64,000 nt of DNA, from contig JAHLWP010000010.1 of NCBI GenBank assembly GCA_019057865.1, positions 18,163 to 82,162 on the forward strand. Reading direction: 5' to 3'. Within the stretch, counting starts at the first letter, position 1; each line of letters starts with the position of its first letter. Under the pieces are notes generated by a model. The model did no database searches, was not told where the DNA came from, and saw only the letters and a program-made list of their open reading frames with translations. The DNA is from Promethearchaeota archaeon. Lineage in GTDB: Archaea; Asgardarchaeota; Lokiarchaeia; Sigyniarchaeales; SOKP01. A program made the translations under genes and the position numbers. Positions 8,989 to 19,660 of the stretch are shown here, one piece after another.

Positions 8989-11751
8989 TCATCTCCTCAA
9001 TTTTTTCATCTTTATATGTTTATTCTTAAAATATAATATTATCCCAATCGGAACTATAATGGGTAAGAAATAAAATATTATTAAATTAAATGTGGATAAT
9101 TCTATAGTAATTTCAAAATAAAATTGTGCAATCTCCTCTCCTGAACTATCTTTTAATAAAAATATGTACGATTTTGATCCAAATTCATAAGGATTAAATG
9201 GTAGCGTTATTTTTTTAACAATCCTATTTTCTCCAAGAGCTAACTGGTTTATATTTGCGCTAACTCTTTTATTATTTACGTATAATGAAAAAACTTCTGT
9301 TTCTTCGCGATTATTCTTTATAATCAGGATAAAATAGGCTGTACTTCCTTGAGAAACCTTCTTTGGGAATGATACACTAATAATTTCATATTTAGGGAGT
9401 ATTTCAATAACTATAGTTTCTGTATAATATATAGTCTTATTGATGGTAATACTCATTTCAATATCAATGGTATCATATATAATATTCTCAGAGGAGTTTA
9501 ATTCATAGTATACCGTTTTTATCTGACTTTCAGCTAAATACTCCTCGCTAATGAAGTCATCAATAAATTCTCCTGTAAAACTTACATTTAATGATTGTGT
9601 AGCATTTGGCCAGAAATTAATTATATTCATAGCAACTGAAATTTTATCTCCACTCACAATTTTACTATCATAGATAAAACCTTCATAGGCAAATGGATGT
9701 CCAATTTCTATGAATTTTATAATTTCTAAATAAGTATTATTGCCCTTTATGAATTTAAAGTGTATTTTAGTATTTCCTAGAACTGCACCAAATTTTGCAG
9801 TGAGATTAAAAGATACTTCTGTAATTTCGAATGATGTGAAATTTATAATTTGAGCAGGATCACTTTCAATTTGCTCTCCTTCTAAAATTGCTGATAAAGT
9901 CACATCTTCATTACGAGTATTGTTAATTGGAACAGTTACATTTAAAACTGGACCCTGATATAATGTTTTTACCAGTCCTTTTATTGAATGATTCACTAAA
10001 CCAGAATTCACATTAAATGTCTTAATAATCTCAGCGAAACCAAAGTAAGTTGTATTAGCCCACACATATATGTTATATCCATTTCCAATAGATAAAGCCT
10101 CTGGAATATTATATAAAAAAGTGTGTGAAGTATCTGTGTTGTTTGGATATTCAAATTGCTTAAAGAAAGTTCCATTGGGATATTTAAAAAGGTAATGAAT
10201 GTCAGCATTAGTAATATCATAGGATATTTTCGTCATTACAAAAGATAGATTATCGGGATTGTAATATAGCATTGGTTTCTCAAAAGAATATGTAGTAGTT
10301 AAATTCATACGATCTTGAAAAAATATAAAATTGGGAACTTCATCTGATACATTATAAACTGATCTTAAAATAGTGCTATTATAAATTTTAAAAGCGTTTA
10401 AGTAAGCCTCACTTAACCTGAGATTAGAGTGTAAATTCTTACTAGTAACTGTATTTGAAGAATCATATGCCTTATTTAAAGGACCATCATACAAATTATT
10501 TTCAAAATAATCAAATATTTCTACAGCCCTATTATAATAAGTAATATTTCCTGTTAATTCAAATAATTTTAAACAAGCACTCATCATTATAGAGTTTGCT
10601 TCAAGATTATATGCCGGGTCAGGATTGCTCCAATCTTGGTCTGCTTTATACATATAAGCAGGTCCAGATACCCATAACTCTTCATCTAGCTTATTATAAA
10701 GATCAATTGCTTTTTGGAGATGAGAAGAATCATTTTTCATCCCAGTTTCAACCCAATATTCTAATAATGTTATAATTCCTATGGCGTTTACATCTAGATA
10801 TTTATCTTTACCAAATGCTACTGGATCCCATGAACCTGAAGCGTTATAATAGAAACCTAAATATGGGGGGTCATCCCACATCTTATCAATCAGTTTTGCC
10901 ATAGTTTGAATTGCTAATACATAAGCTTCATCTTTTATCTCACTTTCAACTTGTAACTCACCAAATATTCTATGAATTTGTAAATTAGCTAAAATCGCAT
11001 ACAAATTATACTCAGTATATTTAACATTTGCTGTAGAGTTACGATGATTGAAGCCGATGTTATTGCTATCCCAAAATTCAGAAGAATTAATAAGGTCGAA
11101 AATCTCCACTATAGATTTTATTGGCGTGTCTCCATTGATATCGATATCTTTCATATCAGTACCAATATTTTCAATTAATAAGAATATTGGCATTAGATTG
11201 TCAATTAGATATCTATTATCATCTTTTATAGTTTCAGTTGTATTATCAAAAGACCTTACAAACCCATATTGAAATTGATCCAAACTTTCCTTATACCATA
11301 AGGGAGTTGATCTTAATTCTAAATATTTCTCATAAGTTTCTATATGGCTAAGATTTGTTCCCATTAATGATTTATATAATAATAAATTATCCTCAGAAAA
11401 TATTGTATCATCTATAATATCTCCTTCTCTATCTCCATATCTAAAATATAGATCAATACCTAAATCCAAATCTGCTTTATATTTACTTTCAAAAAATTGT
11501 TGTAGAACATCGAAGTTTTTAGTAAAAGGATCTTGAAGCATTGAAGTATCTGTTGCTAATTTAGGATTAGTATCGAAAGTATTTTGGATATCCGAAGGAG
11601 AATCAAAATTAGATGAAGCTGTGAAAAATTCATTAATATCTATAAAACTAAAAATAATAATTATCAAAAAGAAAAGACAAAATAGTTTTTTCAGAGTTTG
11701 TCGATTGTGTTTTCTATTCTTACCAAAATTAGTAGAACTAAAAAGATTCAT
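8989..11751 (-). CDS. large surface protein: N-terminal alpha/alpha-toroid-like (six-hairpin glycosidase/epimerase-like) region plus beta-rich repeats and a C-terminal TM anchor
   Basis: N-terminal TM and C-terminal TM (LIIFYFLPIIVPIGIILYF). Residues ~120-460 show periodic helical hairpin blocks rich in W/Y/D/N. Many N-x-S/T sequons. The fold call is inference only. Confidence 0.55.
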   Translation of the reverse strand: MNLFSSTNFGKNRKHNRQTLKKLFCLFFLIIIIFSFIDINEFFTASSNFDSPSDIQNTFDTNPKLATDTSMLQDPFTKNFDVLQQFFESKYKADLDLGIDLYFRYGDREGDIIDDTIFSEDNLLLYKSLMGTNLSHIETYEKYLELRSTPLWYKESLDQFQYGFVRSFDNTTETIKDDNRYLIDNLMPIFLLIENIGTDMKDIDINGDTPIKSIVEIFDLINSSEFWDSNNIGFNHRNSTANVKYTEYNLYAILANLQIHRIFGELQVESEIKDEAYVLAIQTMAKLIDKMWDDPPYLGFYYNASGSWDPVAFGKDKYLDVNAIGIITLLEYWVETGMKNDSSHLQKAIDLYNKLDEELWVSGPAYMYKADQDWSNPDPAYNLEANSIMMSACLKLFELTGNITYYNRAVEIFDYFENNLYDGPLNKAYDSSNTVTSKNLHSNLRLSEAYLNAFKIYNSTILRSVYNVSDEVPNFIFFQDRMNLTTTYSFEKPMLYYNPDNLSFVMTKISYDITNADIHYLFKYPNGTFFKQFEYPNNTDTSHTFLYNIPEALSIGNGYNIYVWANTTYFGFAEIIKTFNVNSGLVNHSIKGLVKTLYQGPVLNVTVPINNTRNEDVTLSAILEGEQIESDPAQIINFTSFEITEVSFNLTAKFGAVLGNTKIHFKFIKGNNTYLEIIKFIEIGHPFAYEGFIYDSKIVSGDKISVAMNIINFWPNATQSLNVSFTGEFIDDFISEEYLAESQIKTVYYELNSSENIIYDTIDIEMSITINKTIYYTETIVIEILPKYEIISVSFPKKVSQGSTAYFILIIKNNREETEVFSLYVNNKRVSANINQLALGENRIVKKITLPFNPYEFGSKSYIFLLKDSSGEEIAQFYFEITIELSTFNLIIFYFLPIIVPIGIILYFKNKHIKMKKLRR

Positions 11752-11909
11752 TGTAATTTGTGTTCAGCTTTTATAAAAAATTGTCAAACTAAAGATTTAT
11801 ATTTGAATTATATTTTTAAAAAATCCTTCTCTTTAAAATTTTTTTGGAACATAATAAAAAGATCCTAATATTAGGCAAAAATAGAATATTTATTAACAAG
11901 GTTAATATT

Positions 11910-13403
11910 TCATATTTCTAATCTCAATTTGATTACTTCAGATATTTTTGAAATATCTACTCTTATTTGATCCATTGTATCCCTGTCTCTAATAGTCACT
12001 GAGTTATCATCTAAGGATTCATAATCAATTGTAATACAATATGGAGTACCTAATTCATCTTGTCTTCTATATCTTTTACCAATTGAACCTGCAGAATCGA
12101 AAAATGAGCCTATACGATTTTCTAATAATTCTCTATGGATTTTAATGGCTAGATCTCTTATATTCTCCTTATTTCTCACAAGAGGAAATACAGCTACGGT
12201 ATTTGGTGCTAATTGTGGGTCTAATTTTAAAAGTATTCTGCCTTCTTCTACATTAAAAGCGTTTTCAAGCAGAGTATATATAATCCTATCTATACCAAAA
12301 GCAATTTCAAGGACTTGCGGAATTTCTTTAATTTTAGGATCAGATCCCATACTTACCTCAAAATTTTGTTTCGAAAATTCAGAATGCCTTCTTAAATCAT
12401 AATCAGTTCTATCATGTATTCCACATATCTCAACCCACCCAAATTGTTTTGTTTCAATTTCTAAATCCCAAGCATCGTCAGCATAGTGGGCTCTCTCATT
12501 AATAGAATGCTGTCTAAATCTAATTACTTGTTCTGGAATGCCTAATATTTTAGTTAAATAATAGCTTACATAAAGACAATAAGCATAAGCAGGTTTTTTG
12601 AGAAGTCCTTTTTTAATTGCATTCTCAAGGGAAATTAATTGTGGTTTATCAAGGTTTTTTTCTTGGAGCTTCCAATCCAATAGCGGAAGTTTATTGGTTT
12701 TAATTTCCTCATAATCTTCAAAATCCATTTCTTGTTGTTTACTTATAAATAACTGCAGTTCAAACTGATCAAAAGCTCTCATTCGGAGGACTCCTTGTCT
12801 TGGAGATATCTCATTTCGATAAACTTTACCAAATTGATAAACTTTTATTGGATACTGTCGCCTTGCATCTTGATCTAAACGATTGAATAATAAATAAGTT
12901 GTAGTTGCTGTTTCTGGACGTAAATACGCATCTACATTATTTCCTACTTGGGTCTTCAACATTAAATTATAACTTTCTATTTTATCAAATGGGGTTCCAC
13001 ATTTTGGGCATGTAAGATTATGCTGCTCTATTAATTTTTCCATTTCTTCATTGGATAATCCATCAATCATCAGATCTGGCAATTTCTCTTGAAGGAATTT
13101 ATCCACTCTATATAATGACTCACATTTAGAACACCTTATAACAGGATCAATAAATCTCTCCAGATGACCTGAGGCTTCCCAAACTATACTTGGCATAATA
13201 TGGGGGCACTCAACCTCTCCAAATCCAAAATATCGCAATTCTTTCCTAAATAGAGAGAGAATATTATTTTTAAGTTCCATTCCGGCTGGTCCATATGAAT
13301 AAAATCCAGCTAATCCACCATAAATCTCTGGTGAAGGGCCCCATATAAAGCCACGCCGCTTAATCAATGAATTAAAGGTCTCAATGTTATCCTCAATCTT
13401 CAT
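11910..13403 (-). CDS. glyS: glycine--tRNA ligase (archaeal/eukaryal class II type)
   Basis: 'RRGFIWGPSPEIYGGLAGFYSYGPAG', 'LRPETATTTY', 'QFGKVYRNEISPR.G..R.R.F.Q.E' (motifs 2/3) and a C-terminal anticodon-binding block 'VAVFPL'. Confidence 0.9.
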   Translation of the reverse strand: MKIEDNIETFNSLIKRRGFIWGPSPEIYGGLAGFYSYGPAGMELKNNILSLFRKELRYFGFGEVECPHIMPSIVWEASGHLERFIDPVIRCSKCESLYRVDKFLQEKLPDLMIDGLSNEEMEKLIEQHNLTCPKCGTPFDKIESYNLMLKTQVGNNVDAYLRPETATTTYLLFNRLDQDARRQYPIKVYQFGKVYRNEISPRQGVLRMRAFDQFELQLFISKQQEMDFEDYEEIKTNKLPLLDWKLQEKNLDKPQLISLENAIKKGLLKKPAYAYCLYVSYYLTKILGIPEQVIRFRQHSINERAHYADDAWDLEIETKQFGWVEICGIHDRTDYDLRRHSEFSKQNFEVSMGSDPKIKEIPQVLEIAFGIDRIIYTLLENAFNVEEGRILLKLDPQLAPNTVAVFPLVRNKENIRDLAIKIHRELLENRIGSFFDSAGSIGKRYRRQDELGTPYCITIDYESLDDNSVTIRDRDTMDQIRVDISKISEVIKLRLEI

Positions 13404-13551
13404 AGTTGATTTTAAAAATCTTTGATAATATTTGTATTTTAAGAATTCCTTAAATTCAAATTTATAATATAAATTTTTATATAAGTAAAAGATAGTATTA
13501 ATATACTTTTAAGTTATAATATCAAATTTAATCTGATTATAAAATAATAGA

Positions 13552-14412
13552 TTGATGAGTATGATTTTACAAGATTATTTCACAAATTTTACATTCTGGT
13601 CATCTATTGAAATGCTTCTTTATGGAATTATTGTTGGTTACTTTTTCCTATTATTCTTTTACTTCACATTAATAAGATTTCGAACTTCAAAAAAATTGTA
13701 TTGGCTGTTTTTTAGCCTATTATTTTTATGTTTAGGTATTGGAAGAGTTTTTTTCATCATTTATTATTATTATGCTCCAGAATTACATACAGGTACAAAT
13801 GATCTTGAAGTTGTGTCATTCCTAATGCTTAACTATCGTTTGGCTACATTCTTCACTTGGATTGGAATTGCATGCGCTGTAGGAGTTTTAGGGATATTAT
13901 TTTTTCCACCTGATACAGAAATAGAAAAAACGGAAAATTCGCTTAAAGACTGGTTTAGAAATAAAAATAGTATTAAAATATTAATTCGAATAGGACTTAT
14001 TGCGATTCCAGTAATTATTGGAATACTTGCTTTAACACTATCAGATCGTCTTTTTATTGATCCTGATTTCTTGGATGATTATCCTCTAATTACTATAGAA
14101 CCAATAACAGTAAAGATTGGAGCATGGGAATATCCAATTGGGAGATTTCTTTTTAATTTTGTGCTCCTACCTTTATTTGTTACTCTTATTCCGTTTATAT
14201 TCCTCTATTTAGCATGGAAAACTTTTGGAGTACTAAGAAAATCTTATGCTCTAAATGCTATTGGATTTTTTCTTTACTTCCTTGGAAGAATATTACAAGG
14301 AGCTCTTGAAGTAGCTAATCTACCCCATTTAGGAGCTATAATGCCTCCATTGATAATATTATTAGCCCTATTAATAATGGTAATAGCTAATAATTACGAA
14401 CAACTCAAATAG
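13552..14412 (+). CDS. polytopic membrane protein, unknown function
   Basis: About 7 hydrophobic segments. TTG start immediately followed by ATG. No recognisable catalytic motif. Confidence 0.55.
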   Translation: MMSMILQDYFTNFTFWSSIEMLLYGIIVGYFFLLFFYFTLIRFRTSKKLYWLFFSLLFLCLGIGRVFFIIYYYYAPELHTGTNDLEVVSFLMLNYRLATFFTWIGIACAVGVLGILFFPPDTEIEKTENSLKDWFRNKNSIKILIRIGLIAIPVIIGILALTLSDRLFIDPDFLDDYPLITIEPITVKIGAWEYPIGRFLFNFVLLPLFVTLIPFIFLYLAWKTFGVLRKSYALNAIGFFLYFLGRILQGALEVANLPHLGAIMPPLIILLALLIMVIANNYEQLK

Positions 14413-14633
14413 ATAGATTTTAAAACTTATAATTATTGAAGTTCTTTTACTCATTCTAGCCTCAATTTTTTACCAGTATCATAGAATCTATAACTAATTT
14501 CTAAAATAGCTTTAAAAAACAATTTTTACTCTTAGTAAAAAAAGAACAAAGTTTTAAAATTGAATCTTTTATAATTAAAATATATTCAAAATTATAAAAT
14601 AAAGAATAAACATATTTTTAGAAGGTTTTTTTA

Positions 14634-16265
14634 ATGATCCACGGAAATCAATATTTATTACCTTTTTTTATTAGAAAAGATATTCACCAACCGGCTATTC
14701 AAGAAAATGATGAATTAACTCTTGCATTTTATCTTTTATCAAAAGATTTAAAAAAAAATGAAAAAATTCTTTCTTTCTCGAGACTTCTTTGGCCATTATT
14801 ATGTGTTCAAGGTATTGTTAGTACTCATATAATATTAGATGGTTTATTAGTATTTAGTAAGAAAGATAAGTTCTCGAATCCACCACGCCAACCATTAATA
14901 GGACATCTTTTAAGAAATATTGATAATAGAACAAAAACAGAACAATTGAATAAATTAATAGAAGTATTAACATATAAGGATATCGAAGCGGAAAAGATTG
15001 GAGAAACTGAAGAATCTGAATACCGTACGCTCATTATAAATGGCTTAACTAATCCAGAATTTCTTCACGCTTTAATAAAAATAATTCCCCTTATAGAATA
15101 TAAACCTATTACTGAATATACTGTTTTAGATACTAGTATTACTACAGAAGGCGCTTTAGGCATTGCAGAGCAATATCGCAATTTAATAAATACAATGAAA
15201 GGTAATTCATTAAGGTGGAAAACTCAAATTGAGTTAATTGGAAAAGAGGCTGAAAAATGGCTTATAGATCTAAATGTACAACTTAAGGATATTAAATTAC
15301 GTTATTCTAGTCAAATAAGTAAAACAACATCGGCAATAGATCCAACTCAGATTGATCAACAAGTAAAATTCGAACAAGATAAAATTGATCAATGGAATGT
15401 AAATGAGAAAAAGAAAGTAATTGAAAGCATTTCAACTCTATTTAGAACTGCAGAACGTCATTTGGAGGAGATGGTTAAAAAAAATAAATTCTTTAGTCAT
15501 GGAGATACTTTAAAATCTAGAGTTTTCAAGGATATTTTACCTCATTTTGAAAATCATTTTACTTACTTAAATGAAGAAGGTCAAAAATTTATAGATTCAT
15601 TAGAAAGTCTAAACCAAAGATTTATTGAGCTAAAAGAACGGACGATTCAAATAGATAACGAAGCACATCGCAAATTAGAAAGTATTAAAGAGTCTTTGGA
15701 TAAGAAATTAAAAGATAGAAATAAACTATTAACTGAATTTCAAAACGAGAAAGAAGAAAATATTTCTAAATTAGAGCTTTTAAAAAATAAAATTGAAAAA
15801 TCTTTTGAAAATATTAAAGAAATTATACAAATTAAACAAGATAATTGTTTGCATGAAGTTCAAGCTTTAGCAGGATGGGCTTTAAATGATGATCAATCAG
15901 AATTGTTTTCTAGGCCAATACAATGGATTTATATGCCTGTTTATGCCATGTTTATCGAGGATGAAGGTAAAATGGAAGAATATATGAATATTGTTTTTCC
16001 AGGTTTTATCCGAAGTGATCCTAATAATATTTATGAACCCGTCTCTGATGCTTTTACCCGCTTAAAAAATACATTAATTAAAAGACTTGAAGATGATATG
16101 GCTATTAGGTCTAACTTTGAATTTTCATGCGAAAGGAAAAATTTGATTAAAGATCCAAATCTCAAGAAAATAATTCAAATAGGCATTTCTAAATTAAGGA
16201 ACAAACTTTTCATAAATGATTTAATTGAAAGTAAAATACGAGAGAACATCTCATTTTTACCCTAA
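14634..16265 (+). CDS. coiled-coil protein of unknown function
   Basis: 543 aa. Globular N-terminal (~170 aa) and C-terminal (~130 aa) parts flank ~250 aa of heptad-like K/E/L-rich sequence. Confidence 0.55.
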   Translation: MIHGNQYLLPFFIRKDIHQPAIQENDELTLAFYLLSKDLKKNEKILSFSRLLWPLLCVQGIVSTHIILDGLLVFSKKDKFSNPPRQPLIGHLLRNIDNRTKTEQLNKLIEVLTYKDIEAEKIGETEESEYRTLIINGLTNPEFLHALIKIIPLIEYKPITEYTVLDTSITTEGALGIAEQYRNLINTMKGNSLRWKTQIELIGKEAEKWLIDLNVQLKDIKLRYSSQISKTTSAIDPTQIDQQVKFEQDKIDQWNVNEKKKVIESISTLFRTAERHLEEMVKKNKFFSHGDTLKSRVFKDILPHFENHFTYLNEEGQKFIDSLESLNQRFIELKERTIQIDNEAHRKLESIKESLDKKLKDRNKLLTEFQNEKEENISKLELLKNKIEKSFENIKEIIQIKQDNCLHEVQALAGWALNDDQSELFSRPIQWIYMPVYAMFIEDEGKMEEYMNIVFPGFIRSDPNNIYEPVSDAFTRLKNTLIKRLEDDMAIRSNFEFSCERKNLIKDPNLKKIIQIGISKLRNKLFINDLIESKIRENISFLP

Positions 16266-16287
16266 ATCTTAAATTTTTTCTTAAATC

Positions 16288-16974
16288 ATGCCAGGATCAA
16301 AAATAGACATCAAAAATAGATTAGATCTAAAAAAGAAAAGGATTAGAGCTTTTTTTCTTTCTATAGAAGCAAAAAGAAAACGTAAAGAAGGATTAGATAA
16401 AACAGCAGAGGAAATATATCGAGACGGAATGATTTATGTTCAAATGAGACTTCCCGTTGATAAAATCACTAAAGAATTTGAAGATGAATTAAAGTACAAA
16501 ATTGATCACAACATTATTCATGCAAGCATACGCGAGGCTAACACTAGTGATCTTGATAGCATTAAGAATTTATATAATAAAAGTTGGTTAACATCCAATA
16601 CTCCTTTTAGACCCATAACAAAAACATCTTTATTACAAATTTTTGAAGACCCAGATACAGTATTTTTAATTTGTAAAGTGTATAGCAAAGAGGCTGCTTT
16701 TGTGATTCTTGATTTTGAAGGAGAAAATAAAGAATGTGCAGTAATTGCCGCTTTAGCAGTATTGCCTCGTTTTCAAAGAAGAGGGCTTGGAACGATATTA
16801 GGGATGGCTACATGGAATTATCTTAAGGAAAATTATAAACATGTTAAAGAACTTAAATGTGAAGTTTATAAAGATAATATAGTTTCCTATTCCTTTATCA
16901 AATGGATAGGATTTGAAGAATATGGAACTAAGGCATATAAGAAGGAAGATTTTCATATTGACGATAATGGATAG
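16288..16974 (+). CDS. GNAT N-acetyltransferase with basic N-terminal extension (paralog 1)
   Basis: Motif A 'PRFQRRGLGTILG' (Q/R-x-x-G-x-G). About 85-aa Lys/Arg-rich N-terminal extension shared with the next gene. Confidence 0.75.
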   Translation: MPGSKIDIKNRLDLKKKRIRAFFLSIEAKRKRKEGLDKTAEEIYRDGMIYVQMRLPVDKITKEFEDELKYKIDHNIIHASIREANTSDLDSIKNLYNKSWLTSNTPFRPITKTSLLQIFEDPDTVFLICKVYSKEAAFVILDFEGENKECAVIAALAVLPRFQRRGLGTILGMATWNYLKENYKHVKELKCEVYKDNIVSYSFIKWIGFEEYGTKAYKKEDFHIDDNG

Positions 16975-17040
16975 TAAACCTTTTTTGTTATAATTAAGTC
17001 TATTTCATAAAATGTTGTTTTTACTTTTTAATAGATTATC

Positions 17041-17697
17041 ATGTCTGAATCAAAATTAAGTTTAAAAAAGAAAAGAATTAGAAGCTTTTTCTTAACTTAT
17101 AAAAAATCTTCTGAAAGCAAAGAAGATATGCAAGATGAACTAATCAATGTTGGTTTAAAGTACATCCAAATGAGGTTACCCATTGAAAAAATTACCCCTG
17201 ATTTTGAACTTAAAATAAAAGAAAAGGTTGAGCATAATATACTTCGTGCAAAGATCAGAGAAGCTAAATTAGAAGATTTGGAAAATGTAAGATATATTTA
17301 TAATCGTGCATGGCTTAGTAGTAATGAACCGTATTCACCTATTACGGTTGAGGCTTTAAAAGATATCTATAACTATCACGATACTGTTATTTTTATAGCA
17401 AAAGTATATGGTACTGATGCTGGATTCATAATTTTAGATAGAGAAGGACCAAATAAGGAATATGGAGTAATATGTGGTCTGGGAGTAGATCTTCGTCATC
17501 AAAGGAAGGGGCTTGGAACTGTGCTTGGGCTTGAAGCGTGGAATTTCTTCAAAGAAAAAGGCGTGACTGAGCTTCGTTGTGAGGTTTATGAAAAGAATTC
17601 TGCTTCACAATTTTTTATTAATTCTGTGGGATTTGAAGAGTTTGGAGTTAAAGTTTATAAAAGAAATGATTTTACATTAGAGGAAGAATTAGAATAA
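17041..17697 (+). CDS. GNAT N-acetyltransferase with basic N-terminal extension (paralog 2)
   Basis: 'LRHQRKGLGTVLG' motif A. Collinear with 16288..16974 along the full length, including 'LKKKRIR.FFL' and 'QMRLP..KIT'. Confidence 0.75.
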   Translation: MSESKLSLKKKRIRSFFLTYKKSSESKEDMQDELINVGLKYIQMRLPIEKITPDFELKIKEKVEHNILRAKIREAKLEDLENVRYIYNRAWLSSNEPYSPITVEALKDIYNYHDTVIFIAKVYGTDAGFIILDREGPNKEYGVICGLGVDLRHQRKGLGTVLGLEAWNFFKEKGVTELRCEVYEKNSASQFFINSVGFEEFGVKVYKRNDFTLEEELE

Positions 17698-17702
17698 ATC
17701 CG

Positions 17703-19154
17703 TTAATCATCATAACTAAATTTTGGTTCAGATATAGAATTAATTTTCTCATTTACTATATTCTCATTATAATCATCCTGAAGCTCTTTATAATAGTTTT
17801 TTGCTCTTTGTAAATTAACTAAAGCTAACTCAATCTCTCCTTTTTTTATAGCAATATCTCCTAAAGTTTGAAAAATATCTGCGCATTCTTTAAAATATTC
17901 TAAAGCTTCAAAAATCTCTAATGCGCTTTCAAAATTTTTAATTGCTTCTGAATTATTGTCAAGAAAATCTAAATATAATTGAGCTATAGCTGTTTTTAAA
18001 TCAGCAATCTTAGATTTATCACCATATTTATCATAAATTTCAATAGAATAATTATAATATTCAATTGATTTAAGATACTCCTCTTTTAATACATATAATT
18101 TTGCAAGATTTTCCAAAATTATCCCTTCTTTAATATCTTCTGCGATTTCGAAAATTCTAACTGCTTCAAGACTTTTTAATAATAAACTTTCGGCTTCGAA
18201 AGTGTTTTTCCTTAAAAGATGTAATTTTCCAAGATAAAGAAAACATTCCCACTCAAGTTTTGCTTTAATAAAAATTGAACCCTTATCTTCTATTCTATTT
18301 ATTAAGCCTAATGCATTATTTAAACTTTGAAAGGCTCGATCATAATCTTCTCCTAGAATATAGTAAAATTTTCCATATTTAATATGAGTTTGAATCATCC
18401 CATAGATATCTTCTCTTTCTTTAAAAAATTTAGAATTTCTTGATAAAATTTTTTTAATTCTCTCTGCATCCTTTAACATCAAAAGGACTTCAACTAAATT
18501 ACTGGCTGATTTTATCTCTTCAGTGATTAGATCGTTTTGCTCTGAAAGATTAAGCGCTTCCTGGTAATATTTATAAGAATGTTCCAAATCGTTAATTAAA
18601 TAATATATATTTCCTAAATTGTTTAAAGTTTTGATAGCCTTTTTATATTCATTTATCTCTTTAAGAATTTCTAAAGCTCTATTAAAATGATAAATGGCTT
18701 GATCAAAAAATCCAAGATCTTCTTGAATTATCCCAATTTCATTATAGCAAATAGCCTCATTGAGTAAATCCTTTTCTTCTTTAAAATTTTCTGAAGCCAA
18801 TTCAAGATTTTTTAGGGCACTAGGCAAATCTCTTTTTTTATAATATAGACTAGATTTTTCTAATAATAAAGAACCTGGTATAGGATCTCCCATAGCTTCT
18901 TTCTCTTTTAATATTTCATTAACTTTCTGAATCTTTCGCTCAATTTCCTCATCGTTAATAATGATATTGTCATAATATTTATAAGATTCTTCTAGCTCTT
19001 CTAAATCAGAACTAGAGTGCAACGGTTCAATATAAGGATGTTTTAAACTTCTGCTTAAATCATTTTCGATATTGGTGATTAATGGCTTATTACAATTATG
19101 ACAATATTTCCAATGATCCTCAATATATTTTTTACAATAAGGGCAAGTTCTCAT
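17703..19154 (-). CDS. zinc-ribbon + TPR repeat protein
   Basis: N-terminal 'CPYCKKYIEDHWKYCHNCNKP' (CxxC..CxxC) followed by ~10 TPR-like 34-aa repeats (A/Y/L periodicity, 'Y..A...F..AL'). Confidence 0.75.
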   Translation of the reverse strand: MRTCPYCKKYIEDHWKYCHNCNKPLITNIENDLSRSLKHPYIEPLHSSSDLEELEESYKYYDNIIINDEEIERKIQKVNEILKEKEAMGDPIPGSLLLEKSSLYYKKRDLPSALKNLELASENFKEEKDLLNEAICYNEIGIIQEDLGFFDQAIYHFNRALEILKEINEYKKAIKTLNNLGNIYYLINDLEHSYKYYQEALNLSEQNDLITEEIKSASNLVEVLLMLKDAERIKKILSRNSKFFKEREDIYGMIQTHIKYGKFYYILGEDYDRAFQSLNNALGLINRIEDKGSIFIKAKLEWECFLYLGKLHLLRKNTFEAESLLLKSLEAVRIFEIAEDIKEGIILENLAKLYVLKEEYLKSIEYYNYSIEIYDKYGDKSKIADLKTAIAQLYLDFLDNNSEAIKNFESALEIFEALEYFKECADIFQTLGDIAIKKGEIELALVNLQRAKNYYKELQDDYNENIVNEKINSISEPKFSYDD

Positions 19155-19413
19155 AGAAATTCGAAAAAATCAATTATAACTTTTCAAAATTTCTTTAATT
19201 TAAAATGAAAATTACCTTATTTATAATTATTTAGTTATAATTTTGAGAAATTGCATATAATGCTATTTACTTATTTAAAAATCAATGTTGAATAATTTTT
19301 CGAATCGTCAATGTTTCTTTCAAGAATTTGTGAAATTTACATTATGATGTAAGAAAAAATAAAAAGGATCACTTTTTTAAAGATAGAAACGATATAAAAA
19401 AAATTGGTAAATC

Positions 19414-19569
19414 ATGGATAGTAAATTATTTAAAAAAACATATCAGTATGTTTGTGGCTCTTGTGGAGAATTTACTCATACTTTAACTGAATTCTGCGAA
19501 AAATGTGGTGAGAAGTCACTTAGGAAAGCTAAGAAAGATGATTATAAGAAGTTAAAACATCCTAAATAG
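19414..19569 (+). CDS. small (51 aa) zinc-ribbon protein, below the ORF-track length cut-off
   Basis: My own translation is MDSKLFKKTYQYVCGSCGEFTHTLTEFCEKCGEKSLRKAKKDDYKKLKHPK*. It has a CxxC-x10-CxxC knuckle pair and a basic tail, and sits in an otherwise empty 500-nt gap. Confidence 0.4.
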   Translation: MDSKLFKKTYQYVCGSCGEFTHTLTEFCEKCGEKSLRKAKKDDYKKLKHPK

Positions 19570-19660
19570 ACTATTTTAGTTTACACGGAAAAAGGAGCTT
19601 CTTTCATGAAATTTTGAAAAAACTGAACAAGAGTTTAACTACAAAAGCATCGGAGATAAA

